Shown here: one piece after another, positions 41,952-53,852 of the stretch | How the letters are laid out: the number at the start of each line of letters is the position of its first letter | Numbering within the stretch: the first letter of the stretch is position 1 | Source of the DNA: Pirellulales bacterium | GTDB lineage: Bacteria > Planctomycetota > Planctomycetia > Pirellulales > UBA1268 | Length of the DNA: 64,000 bases | Direction: 5' to 3' | Assembly: GCA_016779265.1 (NCBI GenBank) | Contig: JADHNY010000002.1 | Span: 13,616 to 77,615 of the forward strand | Program-made: the position numbers and the translations under genes | Notes under the pieces: generated by a model | Seen by the model: the letters and a program-made list of their open reading frames with translations, nothing else | What the model was told of the DNA's origin: nothing | Database searches by the model: none

Positions 41952-43100
41952 TTACGGCGCAGCCGCCGGGGCCACCAGCTCGCCTGCTTCGTAGAGTTCG
42001 TCGGTGATCACCTCACCATCGGCCGTCCATTCCAGGTGACGGCCATGCCGTTGACCACGTGCATGCTCGGTGCGGGTCCAGCGGCTGCCATCCTCGTACC
42101 AGAACTCCCAGACGCCGGACGGCTTGCCGCGATCCCAGCCACCGCGGCCTCGGACGGTGCCGTCGGCATACCACTCCTCCCACGGACCGTGCTGGAAGCC
42201 TTTCTGCCAGCGGACCTCTGAAAGCAGGTTGCCCTCGGTGTCGTAGGCCTTCACCGGACCGTCGAGCTTGCCATCGACATAGAGCTGCTCGGTGGCGAGG
42301 GGATGCCCCTCGTCGGCATGGTAGCTCTTCCAGATACCCTTCGGCATGCCCCGGTCGTAGGCACCCTCAACCTGCAAGCCGCCATCGGTAAACCATTCCC
42401 GGTATGGGCCGTGCATGCTGCCGGAGAGATAGCCCACCTGCTGCCGTGGCTTGCCATTCTCCCACCACTCCGATGACTGGCCGTGGCGGCGGCCGTCACG
42501 ATAGTCGACTTCCAGCTGCTTCACGCCGCTGGGAAACCAACGTGTGACGAGTCCATTGCGACGGCCGTCACGGTAATACTCCTCAATTTCCAAGCTGCCG
42601 TCAGGCCGCCGCTCACGCCGCACCCCGTCGAGCCGGCCAGCTGCATAGTTTTCTTCCAGCACCACGGTGCCCGACGAGTGCCACTCCCGCAGCGGCCCCT
42701 CGCGGCGATCGTCGCGAAAGGTGACCTCGCGTTGCTTGCGTCCTGCGTCGTCGTAGTTGACGAACGTGCCATCCCGATGGCCGTGGCTGTAGCTGCCCTG
42801 CAGCCGGACGGTGCCCTGCCGTCCATACTCAACCCACGGGCCGTCACGAAACGCGCCGTTCCATGAGGAGATCGTCACCAGCCGTCCGGAAGGGTCGTAA
42901 TGCCAACGACGTCCGAGCACTTCCATGGCCCCAGCACGACTGCGGCGGGTTTCTTGGCGGGTCTTGAGGCTGCCGTCGGGATACCGGGTTTCTTTGAGCA
43001 CCACGCCAGCAGGGACCTCCGGAAGCGGCGGATCCGTGGCCGCGTCAGCAAGCAGTGCCAGAAACAGGGCGACAGTGGTCAGCAACCCGGATGCGTTCAT
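41952..43100 (-). CDS. exported MORN-variant / YwqK-type repeat protein
   Basis: Start moved to the ATG giving the signal peptide MNASGLLTTVALFLALLADA (GAGGA upstream). It then has about 12 repeats of the W(Y/F)..G......Y..G..(H/D)G type. Confidence 0.75.
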   Translation of the reverse strand: MNASGLLTTVALFLALLADAATDPPLPEVPAGVVLKETRYPDGSLKTRQETRRSRAGAMEVLGRRWHYDPSGRLVTISSWNGAFRDGPWVEYGRQGTVRLQGSYSHGHRDGTFVNYDDAGRKQREVTFRDDRREGPLREWHSSGTVVLEENYAAGRLDGVRRERRPDGSLEIEEYYRDGRRNGLVTRWFPSGVKQLEVDYRDGRRHGQSSEWWENGKPRQQVGYLSGSMHGPYREWFTDGGLQVEGAYDRGMPKGIWKSYHADEGHPLATEQLYVDGKLDGPVKAYDTEGNLLSEVRWQKGFQHGPWEEWYADGTVRGRGGWDRGKPSGVWEFWYEDGSRWTRTEHARGQRHGRHLEWTADGEVITDELYEAGELVAPAAAP

Positions 43101-43289
43101 GAAGTCCTCGTGGTCAGCAGCCCGCCGGTGTTTCTCGCCTCGGCAGGCCTCCTGCTCGAGCATACCCAACCAGTCGGCCGCGGGGGTTTTCCAAAACCGG
43201 CCCGTGGCAGGAAAACGCCTCTTTCCGACACCGAATCAGCCGTTTCTCCACCGCCGCCCACCTCGTGACGGTCTGCGGTCTAGAATTCA

Positions 43290-43691
43290 ATGATGATTAC
43301 TACCAGCCACCATCCCGATCGCGACACCGTGCTCTACGATGGACGGTGTCGGTTCTGCCGCAGCCAGATTGCGATCCTGCGGTGGTGTGACATAACGGGC
43401 CGCCTGCAGTTCACCTCACTGCATGACGCGTCGGTGGCGAGAGACTTTCCCGAGATTCCCTACGAAGACCTGCTGAAGCAGATGTATCTGGTCAGTCGCA
43501 CGGGCCAGGCGCGTGGTGGCGTGGTCGCCGTTCGCGCTCTCACTCGGAAACTGCCACTGCTCTGGCCTGCAGCGGTGCTGCTCCATCTGCCCGGCTCGCT
43601 ACCGCTGTGGTCTTCTCTCTACGCCTTCGTCGCTCGTCATCGCCTGAAAATCGCCGGCAGCTGCGACGACGGCACCTGCCGGATTCCGTAA
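43290..43691 (+). CDS. thiol-disulfide oxidoreductase DCC family protein (DUF393)
   Basis: 133 aa. N-terminal LYDGRCRFCRSQI CxxC motif typical of the DCC family. Confidence 0.8.
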   Translation: MMITTSHHPDRDTVLYDGRCRFCRSQIAILRWCDITGRLQFTSLHDASVARDFPEIPYEDLLKQMYLVSRTGQARGGVVAVRALTRKLPLLWPAAVLLHLPGSLPLWSSLYAFVARHRLKIAGSCDDGTCRIP

Positions 43692-43865
43692 CGAAACTCG
43701 GCGTTCTTCTGGCGGCTTTCTTCAAAGAAGCGTGTTTCCGGCGTGCTGCTGGCCGTCAGGCCGCCAAAAGGACTAAGGTGAGGGCTGCTGATGCCTGGCG
43801 TGTTTTTCCCGGAGGGGTGGTGACACGTTTGCGTTCACCTCCTGATCTCCTCGGAAGTCCTTGAC

Positions 43866-44807
43866 GTGTCTCACGCTCCCGCCGCCACCGGTCCTTCGGC
43901 CTCCAGCCCACATACGCACTGGGAATACCTCCTGCCGATTCTCAGCGTTCACCTTCTCGCCTGCATCGCCTTGGTGCCGTGGTGCTTCAGCTGGTCAGGA
44001 ATGTCGCTGGCCATCTTGGGAACGGTTGTCTTCGGCACCCTCGGCATCAACCTCTGCTACCACCGCGTCCTCTCACACCGCAGCCTCAAGCTCGCTAAAC
44101 GTGTTGAGCATTCGCTGGCCACGATCGCGTTGTGCTCTCTGGAAGACACACCTGCCCGCTGGGTTGCGAACCATCGCCTGCACCACGCGCACTCCGACGC
44201 CCCGCTTGATCCCCACTCGCCTCGTGATGGGATCAGCTGGTCGCATGCGGGCTGGCTGTTTCGCCGGGCACCCGATCGGCGGACGTATGCGTTCTTCGAC
44301 AGGTATGCGCACGACATCCTCAGCGACGACTACTACCGCTGGCTGGAACGACATCCGATGGCCATCCTGTGGATCTACAGCATCCACGCGGCTGCCTTCA
44401 TGACCGTCGGCTTCGTCATCGGAGCGACGACAGCTGGCAGCTGGCAGGCTGGTGTTCAGCTCGCTGTCAGCTGGCTCGTCTGGGGCGTGTTCCTCCGCAC
44501 CGTGCTTGTCTGGCACATCACCTGGAGCGTCAACTCGTTGACGCATCTGTTTGGATACCGCAACTACGCCACCGGTGAAGACAGCCGCAACAACTGGCTC
44601 GTCGGTCTCCTCGCGATGGGGGAAGGCTGGCACAACAACCATCACCATGACCCCTCGAGCGCCAGCGTTCAGCATCGGTGGTGGGAAATCGATGCCACGT
44701 ACTACATGATCCTTTTCTTGGAGCGGATCGGCTGGGCCACACAGGTCATCCGTCCCCGACACCTTCGGCATCCCGCAACCGCTCGTCAGACCGTTCTCCA
44801 TCCCTGA
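43866..44807 (+). CDS. membrane fatty acid (acyl-CoA/lipid) desaturase
   Basis: 313 aa. Three histidine boxes: HRVLSH, HRLHHAHSD, WHNNHHH. Confidence 0.85.
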   Translation: MSHAPAATGPSASSPHTHWEYLLPILSVHLLACIALVPWCFSWSGMSLAILGTVVFGTLGINLCYHRVLSHRSLKLAKRVEHSLATIALCSLEDTPARWVANHRLHHAHSDAPLDPHSPRDGISWSHAGWLFRRAPDRRTYAFFDRYAHDILSDDYYRWLERHPMAILWIYSIHAAAFMTVGFVIGATTAGSWQAGVQLAVSWLVWGVFLRTVLVWHITWSVNSLTHLFGYRNYATGEDSRNNWLVGLLAMGEGWHNNHHHDPSSASVQHRWWEIDATYYMILFLERIGWATQVIRPRHLRHPATARQTVLHP

Positions 44808-44843
44808 TCAGGTCCCGCTCAGAGAGGCGAAAGGAAAGCTGTC

Positions 44844-45749
44844 ATGTGCTTCGCCGTAGTTCGTTCTTTGTCGGCAACGATCGCTGCCTTGCCACTGATG
44901 CTGATAGGTCTTATCCCTGCAGTGCTTACCCCTGCAGTGCTCCTCCCAGCAGTGCTTATCCCAGCAGTGCGGCCCGTCTGTGCTCAGGACAGAGAGCCTG
45001 TGAAGAACCTGATTCTGCCTGGCGAGGTGTTTGAGGTCGCTGGGAGAACCGCATTCGTGTTCACTGCCGCTGAAAGCCAGCCTGCCGCCAACGGTCGTCC
45101 CTGGATCCTGTATGGCCCCACGCTTCCTGCGTATCCAGACGAAGCGGAGCGGTGGATGCACGAGGCATTCACGGCTGCGGGTGTCGCGGTGGCCGGTGTG
45201 GACACAGGAGAATCCTACGGCAGTCCCGCAGGCGTTGCTGCCGCTGAAGCGTTGCACACGGAGATGGTGCGTCGAGGCTACGCGGAGAAGCCAGCCTTGC
45301 TCGGCCGAAGTCGTGGCGGCCTGTGGGCTGCCGCCTGGGCAATCGCGCATCCCGAACAGACCGCCGGCCTCGGTGGTATCTATCCGGTCTATGACTGGCG
45401 AACCTATCCTGGTCTGGCGAAGGCCGCCGCAGCCTATGGCCTCTCCCCTGAGCAGCTTGCCGGGCAGGCAGACAGGCTCTGTCCGATCGAACGGATCGGC
45501 GTGCTCGCAGAGGCGAATATTCCCGTCTGCATTATTCACGGTGATGACGACACGGTGGTGCCGCTGGAGCCCAACTCAGCCAGGCTCAAGCAGCGGTATG
45601 AAGCCGCCGGCAAGGGCGGCCTCGTGGATCTGATCGTGGCGGAGAATCAGGGCCACAGCTTCTGGGAAGGCTTCTTCCACTGCCAGCAGCTTGTCGACTT
45701 CTTGATCGAGACCGCCACCACGGCAGCGACGACGAGCCCCTCACGCTGA
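44844..45749 (+). CDS. exported alpha/beta hydrolase
   Basis: 301 aa. Nucleophile elbow GRSRGG, and the late IIHGDDDTVVP and GHSFW consistent with a Ser-Asp-His triad. The N-terminus contains the (PAVLx)4 repeat. Confidence 0.7.
   Translation: MCFAVVRSLSATIAALPLMLIGLIPAVLTPAVLLPAVLIPAVRPVCAQDREPVKNLILPGEVFEVAGRTAFVFTAAESQPAANGRPWILYGPTLPAYPDEAERWMHEAFTAAGVAVAGVDTGESYGSPAGVAAAEALHTEMVRRGYAEKPALLGRSRGGLWAAAWAIAHPEQTAGLGGIYPVYDWRTYPGLAKAAAAYGLSPEQLAGQADRLCPIERIGVLAEANIPVCIIHGDDDTVVPLEPNSARLKQRYEAAGKGGLVDLIVAENQGHSFWEGFFHCQQLVDFLIETATTAATTSPSR
44916..44975 (+). repeat. 4 x 15-bp imperfect tandem repeat inside the hydrolase signal-peptide region
   Basis: The units are CCTGCAGTGCTTACC / CCTGCAGTGCTCCTC / CCAGCAGTGCTTATC / CCAGCAGTGCGGCCC. 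They encode PAVLT-PAVLL-PAVLI-PAVRP. Confidence 0.8.
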
Positions 45750-45754
45750 TCGGC

Positions 45755-46477
45755 TCAGTAGGCTTTCGCTGGCCCCTGATCCTGTCGGCGGGGCTGCTCC
45801 CCAGAACCATCGAGGATCCGTGCGGCATCTCCCACACCCAGCCGCCCGCAGCCCATCTCGAGATACCCGACAGCGTCTTCCCAGCTGCGGATCCCGCCCG
45901 AGGCCTTGACCCCCAGCCTGCCGCCGACTGTCTCGAGCATGGTCGCTACGGCGGAGCGTGTCGCGCCATGCTCCGCAAAACCCGTCGACGTCTTCACGTA
46001 GTCTGCCCCTGCCTCCTCCGCGAGCAGACAGGCCGTGGCAACCTGGTCGAGTGAGAGCAGACAGGTCTCCAGAATCACCTTCACGAGCACCGGCTGCTCG
46101 GCGGCCCCGGCCTCAGCCACCACGGCAGCAATATCGGCTCGCACGAGCCCTGTATGGCCAGACAGAAAGGCACCCACGTTCATCACCATGTCGAGCTCAC
46201 GCGCCCCGTCGGCGATCGCTCTGGCGGCCTCCATCGCCTTCACATCGCCGCGGTGACTGCCATGCGGAAAGCCGACCACACTCGCCAGCACCACTCGACT
46301 CCCATCGAGCAGCCCGGCTGCCTGCACAACGTCTGCCGGCCGCACACACAGGCAGCCGACACCACGCTCGCGACACATCGCCGCCGCCGCCGCCAGGTCG
46401 TCATCGGTCGCCTGCGGCTTCAAGACCGCGTGATCAAGTTGGGCGGCCACGTCGTTAACAGACAGCGATACAGGCAT
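45755..46477 (-). CDS. deoC: deoxyribose-phosphate aldolase
   Basis: 240 aa. Schiff-base lysine motif YVKTSTGF and the VKASGGIR motif. Confidence 0.9.
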   Translation of the reverse strand: MPVSLSVNDVAAQLDHAVLKPQATDDDLAAAAAMCRERGVGCLCVRPADVVQAAGLLDGSRVVLASVVGFPHGSHRGDVKAMEAARAIADGARELDMVMNVGAFLSGHTGLVRADIAAVVAEAGAAEQPVLVKVILETCLLSLDQVATACLLAEEAGADYVKTSTGFAEHGATRSAVATMLETVGGRLGVKASGGIRSWEDAVGYLEMGCGRLGVGDAARILDGSGEQPRRQDQGPAKAY

Positions 46478-46561
46478 CTTCTCCTCGATATGCGTGACGG
46501 CTCAGGAGGGACTGCCCGGCTCTGCGGTGACCTGCTGCGACATGCTTGGCTCGGGCAACTC

Positions 46562-47113
46562 TTAGGGCTCCACACAGTTGCAACAGCTGCCTTTTAGGAG
46601 CACCTCCGTCACCCTGGGGATGTCGGCGACACTCGTTCGCCCCGTCTGCACGGCTGCAGCCCCGACGTCGGGATTCCCTGCATCGGACTCCCGGCCGCCC
46701 AGATCTCCAGCCGACAAGGGAGTGGCTCCTTTTGGCGTGATCACCACCGTCACATCCGCAAGGCACGACACCTCTCCACAGCTCGTGCAGAGAAAATGGG
46801 GGTGGCTCTCCTCGTGCCGTCCAGCGGAATCCCGCTCACGGAACTCAAACCGCCAGACATGATCGCCCAACTCCACTCGGGCAAGGATGCCGGCCTCGCT
46901 CAGTTCGATCAGATTGCGGTAGATCGTCGCCCGGTCAAACCCACGGTGGTCGAGGGCATCTGCCACTTCCGCATGCGTCTGCGGACCACGATGCTCGACG
47001 AGATGCTCAAGCACCGTCAGCCGGGCCGCGGTGCACCGCAGTCCCGCAGACCGCACGCGTTCGCGGAGCGATGCTCGTAGTGCAGGCGTTCGTGGTTTCG
47101 GCAGATGGGACAT
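46562..47113 (-). CDS. Fur-family transcriptional regulator (Fur/Zur/PerR-like) with a long insertion before the C-terminal Cys pair
   Basis: 183 aa. Winged-helix region LRCTAARLTVLEHL...ATIYRNL, HPHFLCTSCGEV and C-terminal GSCCNC. Divergent from nrdJ. Confidence 0.8.
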   Translation of the reverse strand: MSHLPKPRTPALRASLRERVRSAGLRCTAARLTVLEHLVEHRGPQTHAEVADALDHRGFDRATIYRNLIELSEAGILARVELGDHVWRFEFRERDSAGRHEESHPHFLCTSCGEVSCLADVTVVITPKGATPLSAGDLGGRESDAGNPDVGAAAVQTGRTSVADIPRVTEVLLKGSCCNCVEP

Positions 47114-47334
47114 CCAAGCATTCTACTCGATCACGGTTTCTCGTTCTTGCAACGCCCGCAAGCGGCTGGCCGAGCACGCTTTCAGCCGTAAATGGCACAT
47201 CCACCGCGTTAAACCCCTCTTCCGAGGAGTTCTCACCTCGGGCACCACGTCATCGACAGCCACCTCTCAGACGCCCTCCGCGGGCGGCTCGGCAAGGCGT
47301 TTTTCGGTCAAAACAATACGCTCACAAAAACCGC

Positions 47335-47362
47335 TTGACGCACTGCTCAGGCTCGTTAGGAT
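47335..47362 (+). promoter_or_regulatory. candidate sigma70-like promoter for nrdJ (TTGACG-16 nt-TAGGAT)
   Basis: Found by eye in the 534-bp fur/nrdJ spacer. It would give a ~280-nt leader. Promoter consensus in this lineage is poorly defined. Confidence 0.2.
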
Positions 47363-47562
47363 CACGCCCCGGCCATATGAAGTGGTCAGCAAACAAATCG
47401 CCACAACATCTAGCGATAAACGCAGAAGGAGCTGCCTTTTAGGCCTCGGGGGTCCCGTGCCGCAGCATGGCACGACTACGGTGTTTTCTCGAGATGCGTT
47501 CGCCGCAGCTTGCAGCCCACACCATCACCGCCCTGGCCGATCAGCACGGCTTGTTTGCGTGC

Positions 47563-47576
47563 TATACGAAAGTATA
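47563..47576. promoter_or_regulatory. AT-rich inverted repeat TATAC-GAAA-GTATA in the nrdJ leader
   Basis: Perfect 5-bp arms about 72-85 nt upstream of the nrdJ ATG, in otherwise GC-rich DNA. Confidence 0.3.
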
Positions 47577-47647
47577 CTTGTGACGACTGATCTGCGTCCG
47601 CTGCAACAACTCATCGCCACCTTTTTCATCGTTCTTAGGAGCCCGTT

Positions 47648-50752
<3,105 letters not shown>

Positions 50753-50785
50753 GGCCACAGGGGCATTCGCTCAGGGAGAAAGCCG

Positions 50786-51385
50786 TTGCTGAGCCTTGAG
50801 TCAAAAACCTCTGATCGCTGGCTTGGGCAGGTCGATACGGGTCTTGAAGAGATCCTGATCGACCATGCCCACTGCGAAAAGAAGGCGGCCGGCACAGCAA
50901 TGAATCTGCTGTTTGCCTACGTCGACAACATCGAGCTCTGCCGGGCAATGACTGAAATTGTCGAGGAGGAGCTTGAGCATTTCCATCTCGTGATCGACCT
51001 ACTCACCCGGCGGGGCATCCGGTTTCGACGGCTCGCTCCGTCGACATACGGACGGAAGCTCAACGATCTTGTCAGACGGCAGGAGCCACATCGAGCAGTG
51101 GATCGGCTGCTGGTCGCCGGGCTGATCGAGGCTCGATCCTGCGAGCGGTTTGACCTGCTCCGCAAGCATATGCGGAGGTCTGTGGGTGACGGACAAGCTG
51201 ACGCAGAGCTGGCGGATTTCTACGAAAGCCTGTTTGAGTCGGAGGCTCGCCACCACTCCACCTATGTCCGTCTGGCCAAGGCCTTTGCCAGCGATGAGGT
51301 CGTACAGGCCCGCCTGGGGGAGCTGGCCGCCGCTGAGGCGGCAATCGTGGCGGAAGGCGACCCGCTCCCCCGGATGCACAGCTAG
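50786..51385 (+). CDS. miaE: tRNA-(ms2io6A37) hydroxylase, diiron
   Basis: 199 aa. DHAHCEKKAAGTAMNL, EELEHF, EARSCERF and ESEARHH (paired ExxH diiron ligands). Confidence 0.85.
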   Translation: MLSLESKTSDRWLGQVDTGLEEILIDHAHCEKKAAGTAMNLLFAYVDNIELCRAMTEIVEEELEHFHLVIDLLTRRGIRFRRLAPSTYGRKLNDLVRRQEPHRAVDRLLVAGLIEARSCERFDLLRKHMRRSVGDGQADAELADFYESLFESEARHHSTYVRLAKAFASDEVVQARLGELAAAEAAIVAEGDPLPRMHS

Positions 51386-51644
51386 CACGCTGCCCGAGCA
51401 TCGCGAGAAGTCGGGCCGGCGTTAACGGATGCGCGGTGGAGAAGAATTTCCAACAGCCGCAGGCAGAGGAATGTCGAATGATCTCCCTGTCTGAAAAACG
51501 AATGCTCGACTCAGTCCGTCGGAGGAGCCAGACATACCGCGTTGATCCGGGGCCATGCATGGCCGTGCACAGCACGACCTGCCCCGCATCATTCTCGCAG
51601 CGACCTACTCCGTCGCATTTGAAAGAGCCGTTCGATTCCGCGAG

Positions 51645-51679
51645 TCCGCGGTGGCCTTCGGGTCACCGCGGATTTTTCG
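51645..51679 (+). terminator. intrinsic terminator (12-bp stem, UUCG loop, U5)
   Basis: UCCGCGGUGGCC-UUCG-GGUCACCGCGGA followed by UUUUUCG. It lies 260 nt after the miaE stop and 5 nt beyond the stop of convergent hyhL. Confidence 0.7.
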
Positions 51680-51683
51680 TGGT

Positions 51684-53006
51684 TCACCCCTGCCCTTCGC
51701 GATCGACCGACAACGTCAAGAAGTGGGTTGCGCAACTGATGCACGGGTCGTAGCTACGGATCAGCATCTCGCAGCGACGTGTTGCCTCTGCGTCATCCAG
51801 CGCGAGCACCCCGGGCAGGAGGCCCCTCAGATCGCCTTCGACCTGCGCCTGGTTCTGTGAGGTGGGAGGGATGATCTCTGCCTCTGCAACACGCCCACGG
51901 TCATCGAGACGATACCGGTGGTAGAGCAGTCCGCGGGGTGCCTCTGTGGCATGACAGCCAACACCCGCCCGTGGCTTGTAGACACTCCGGCAGCAGTTGA
52001 CATCCGCAGTGGCCTCACGGGCAATGTCGGAGGCGATCTCACAGGCCGCCGCCATCTCCACCACCCTCGCCACGATCGAACGGTATGGATTGCGAAGGGG
52101 CATCTCGAGTCCGCAGTCGTCCGCCGCGGCACGGGCCCTGGACGGCAGCTGATCCCGGCAGAGATTCATGCGGGCGATCGGTCCGGTGAGATAGGGAGTT
52201 TCCCCAGGGAGCCGCAGGCTGTGCAAGGCAGTGCTCTGCGGAACCTGCCGCTCACGGAAGTGCTGGTTGAAGTCTTCCACCTCTATCGACAATGGACTGC
52301 TCTGTGTGCCGCCGCTGGACACAACCCGCCCATGGTTCATCGGGTAGTCATGGTCATGCCGCAACGACACGCATTCGTAGGTTGCCTCAAACGTCGGAGG
52401 CTCAAACGCAGCGACTTCTTTGAGGAGCGTGAGGCAGGTCTCAAGCCCCCACTCGAGTTCTGGCAGCAGGCGATGGATCGCCGACGACGACGGTGCCTTG
52501 TAGAAACCACCGACGGTGACATTGATCGGATGCACTGCCCGCCCACCGACAACCTCCATCAACCGATTCCCAAGCGCCTTGAGCTTGAGGCCATTTTCCA
52601 CCATCTCAGGATGTGTGGCGGCCATGGCGAAGCCGCTCTCGAAGCCGAGAAAGTCTGGGGCATGCAGCAGGTGCACATGCAGAGCATGACTCTGGAGCCA
52701 CTCGCCACAGTAGAGCAGCCGACGCAGCAGGTCGATCTCCGCGCTGACCTCGATCCCCAAGGCCTTTTCCAACGCATGGCAGGAACTCATCTGATAGGCC
52801 ACCGGACAGATCCCGCAGATGCGGGCGGTGATGTCCGGCACCTCATGCACCTCCCGACCCACCAGGAGCTTCTCGAAGAACCGTGGCGGCTCGTAGATGT
52901 TGAACTCAGCAATCTCGACTGTCTCGCCAGACACCCGCACCCGGAGCGCTCCTTCTCCTTCAACGCGTGAGAGTGGCTTGACGGTGAAACGACGGGTCTG
53001 CGTCAT
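51684..53006 (-). CDS. hyhL: [NiFe]-hydrogenase large subunit, group 3b-like
   Basis: 440 aa. N-terminal RICGICPVAY and C-terminal DPCISCATH followed by a 12-aa extension (the usual protease-cleaved tail). The start shares one nt with the small-subunit stop (TGATG). Confidence 0.9.
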   Translation of the reverse strand: MTQTRRFTVKPLSRVEGEGALRVRVSGETVEIAEFNIYEPPRFFEKLLVGREVHEVPDITARICGICPVAYQMSSCHALEKALGIEVSAEIDLLRRLLYCGEWLQSHALHVHLLHAPDFLGFESGFAMAATHPEMVENGLKLKALGNRLMEVVGGRAVHPINVTVGGFYKAPSSSAIHRLLPELEWGLETCLTLLKEVAAFEPPTFEATYECVSLRHDHDYPMNHGRVVSSGGTQSSPLSIEVEDFNQHFRERQVPQSTALHSLRLPGETPYLTGPIARMNLCRDQLPSRARAAADDCGLEMPLRNPYRSIVARVVEMAAACEIASDIAREATADVNCCRSVYKPRAGVGCHATEAPRGLLYHRYRLDDRGRVAEAEIIPPTSQNQAQVEGDLRGLLPGVLALDDAEATRRCEMLIRSYDPCISCATHFLTLSVDREGQG

Positions 53007-53821
53007 CAGGGCCTCGCTCTCATGGAGTCGGCAGACTCAAGACGATCACTCTCTTCACGAAAAGCCGGGGCGTAGCCGTTGATGCCCCGCACGAGCTTGG
53101 TGAGCCGCTCCCGCGGTGTGCCTCGCTTCTCATAGAACGTCGTCAGGCTGACAAGATTGGTCGCCTCAGCCGGTCCGTAGCAGCCAAAACACTCACGGTC
53201 GTGGGCAGGGCAGATCGCTCCGCATCCCGCCTGGGTGACAGGTCCAAGACAGGGGATGCCCTGGGCGACAGCCACACACACCGTACCGCGACGTTTGCAT
53301 TCGGCGCATACGCTTTCAGACGGCACACGAGGACGACGGCCCAGCAGCAATGAAGTGATCAGATCCAACAGCTGCCCAGGGTCGACTGGACAGCCCCGCA
53401 GTTCGAAATCGACTGGCACATGGTCGGCAATCGGCGTGCTCGTAGCGAGAGCATCAATGGTTGCCGGTGAGGCGTAGACCGAAGCAACAAACTCATCGAT
53501 CTGCCCCCAGTTCCGCAGTGCCTGAATGCCACCGGATGTGGCACAGGCTCCGATCGTGACCAGAAATCGGCAGTCACGACGCACCTGCTGGATTCGTTCC
53601 CGATCTTCCGCCGTCGAGATCGATCCCTCCACAATGCCCACATCGTAGGGCCCCGGATCGACACGGCTTGAGGCCTCGAGAAACTGGGCGATCTCGACAC
53701 GCTCGGCGAGTTCCAGCAGTCTTCCGCAGGCATCCAGCAGCTGCAGCTGACAGCCATCACACGAGGCGAACTTGTAGACAGCCAGCCGCGGCTTCGACTG
53801 TGGTCTTTTCTCAGCGTGCAT
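53006..53821 (-). CDS. hyhS: [NiFe]-hydrogenase small (delta) subunit, NuoB-like
   Basis: Start moved to the ATG giving MHAEKRPQSKPRLAVYKFASCDGCQ (GGAGGAGG upstream). Further Cys clusters are GACATSGG and CAECKRRGTVC. The track ORF extension overlaps hyhG. Confidence 0.85.
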   Translation of the reverse strand: MHAEKRPQSKPRLAVYKFASCDGCQLQLLDACGRLLELAERVEIAQFLEASSRVDPGPYDVGIVEGSISTAEDRERIQQVRRDCRFLVTIGACATSGGIQALRNWGQIDEFVASVYASPATIDALATSTPIADHVPVDFELRGCPVDPGQLLDLITSLLLGRRPRVPSESVCAECKRRGTVCVAVAQGIPCLGPVTQAGCGAICPAHDRECFGCYGPAEATNLVSLTTFYEKRGTPRERLTKLVRGINGYAPAFREESDRLESADSMRARP

Positions 53822-53852
53822 CACACCTCCTCCTGCCCAATCGGCAACGGCC

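Noticed and set aside
47380-47480. Cobalamin riboswitch in the nrdJ leader (CAGAAGGAGCTGCC resembles the B12 box).
   Set aside because: It has several mismatches to the B12-box consensus and no surrounding conserved aptamer elements that I could see. B12 repression of a B12-dependent RNR would also make little biological sense.
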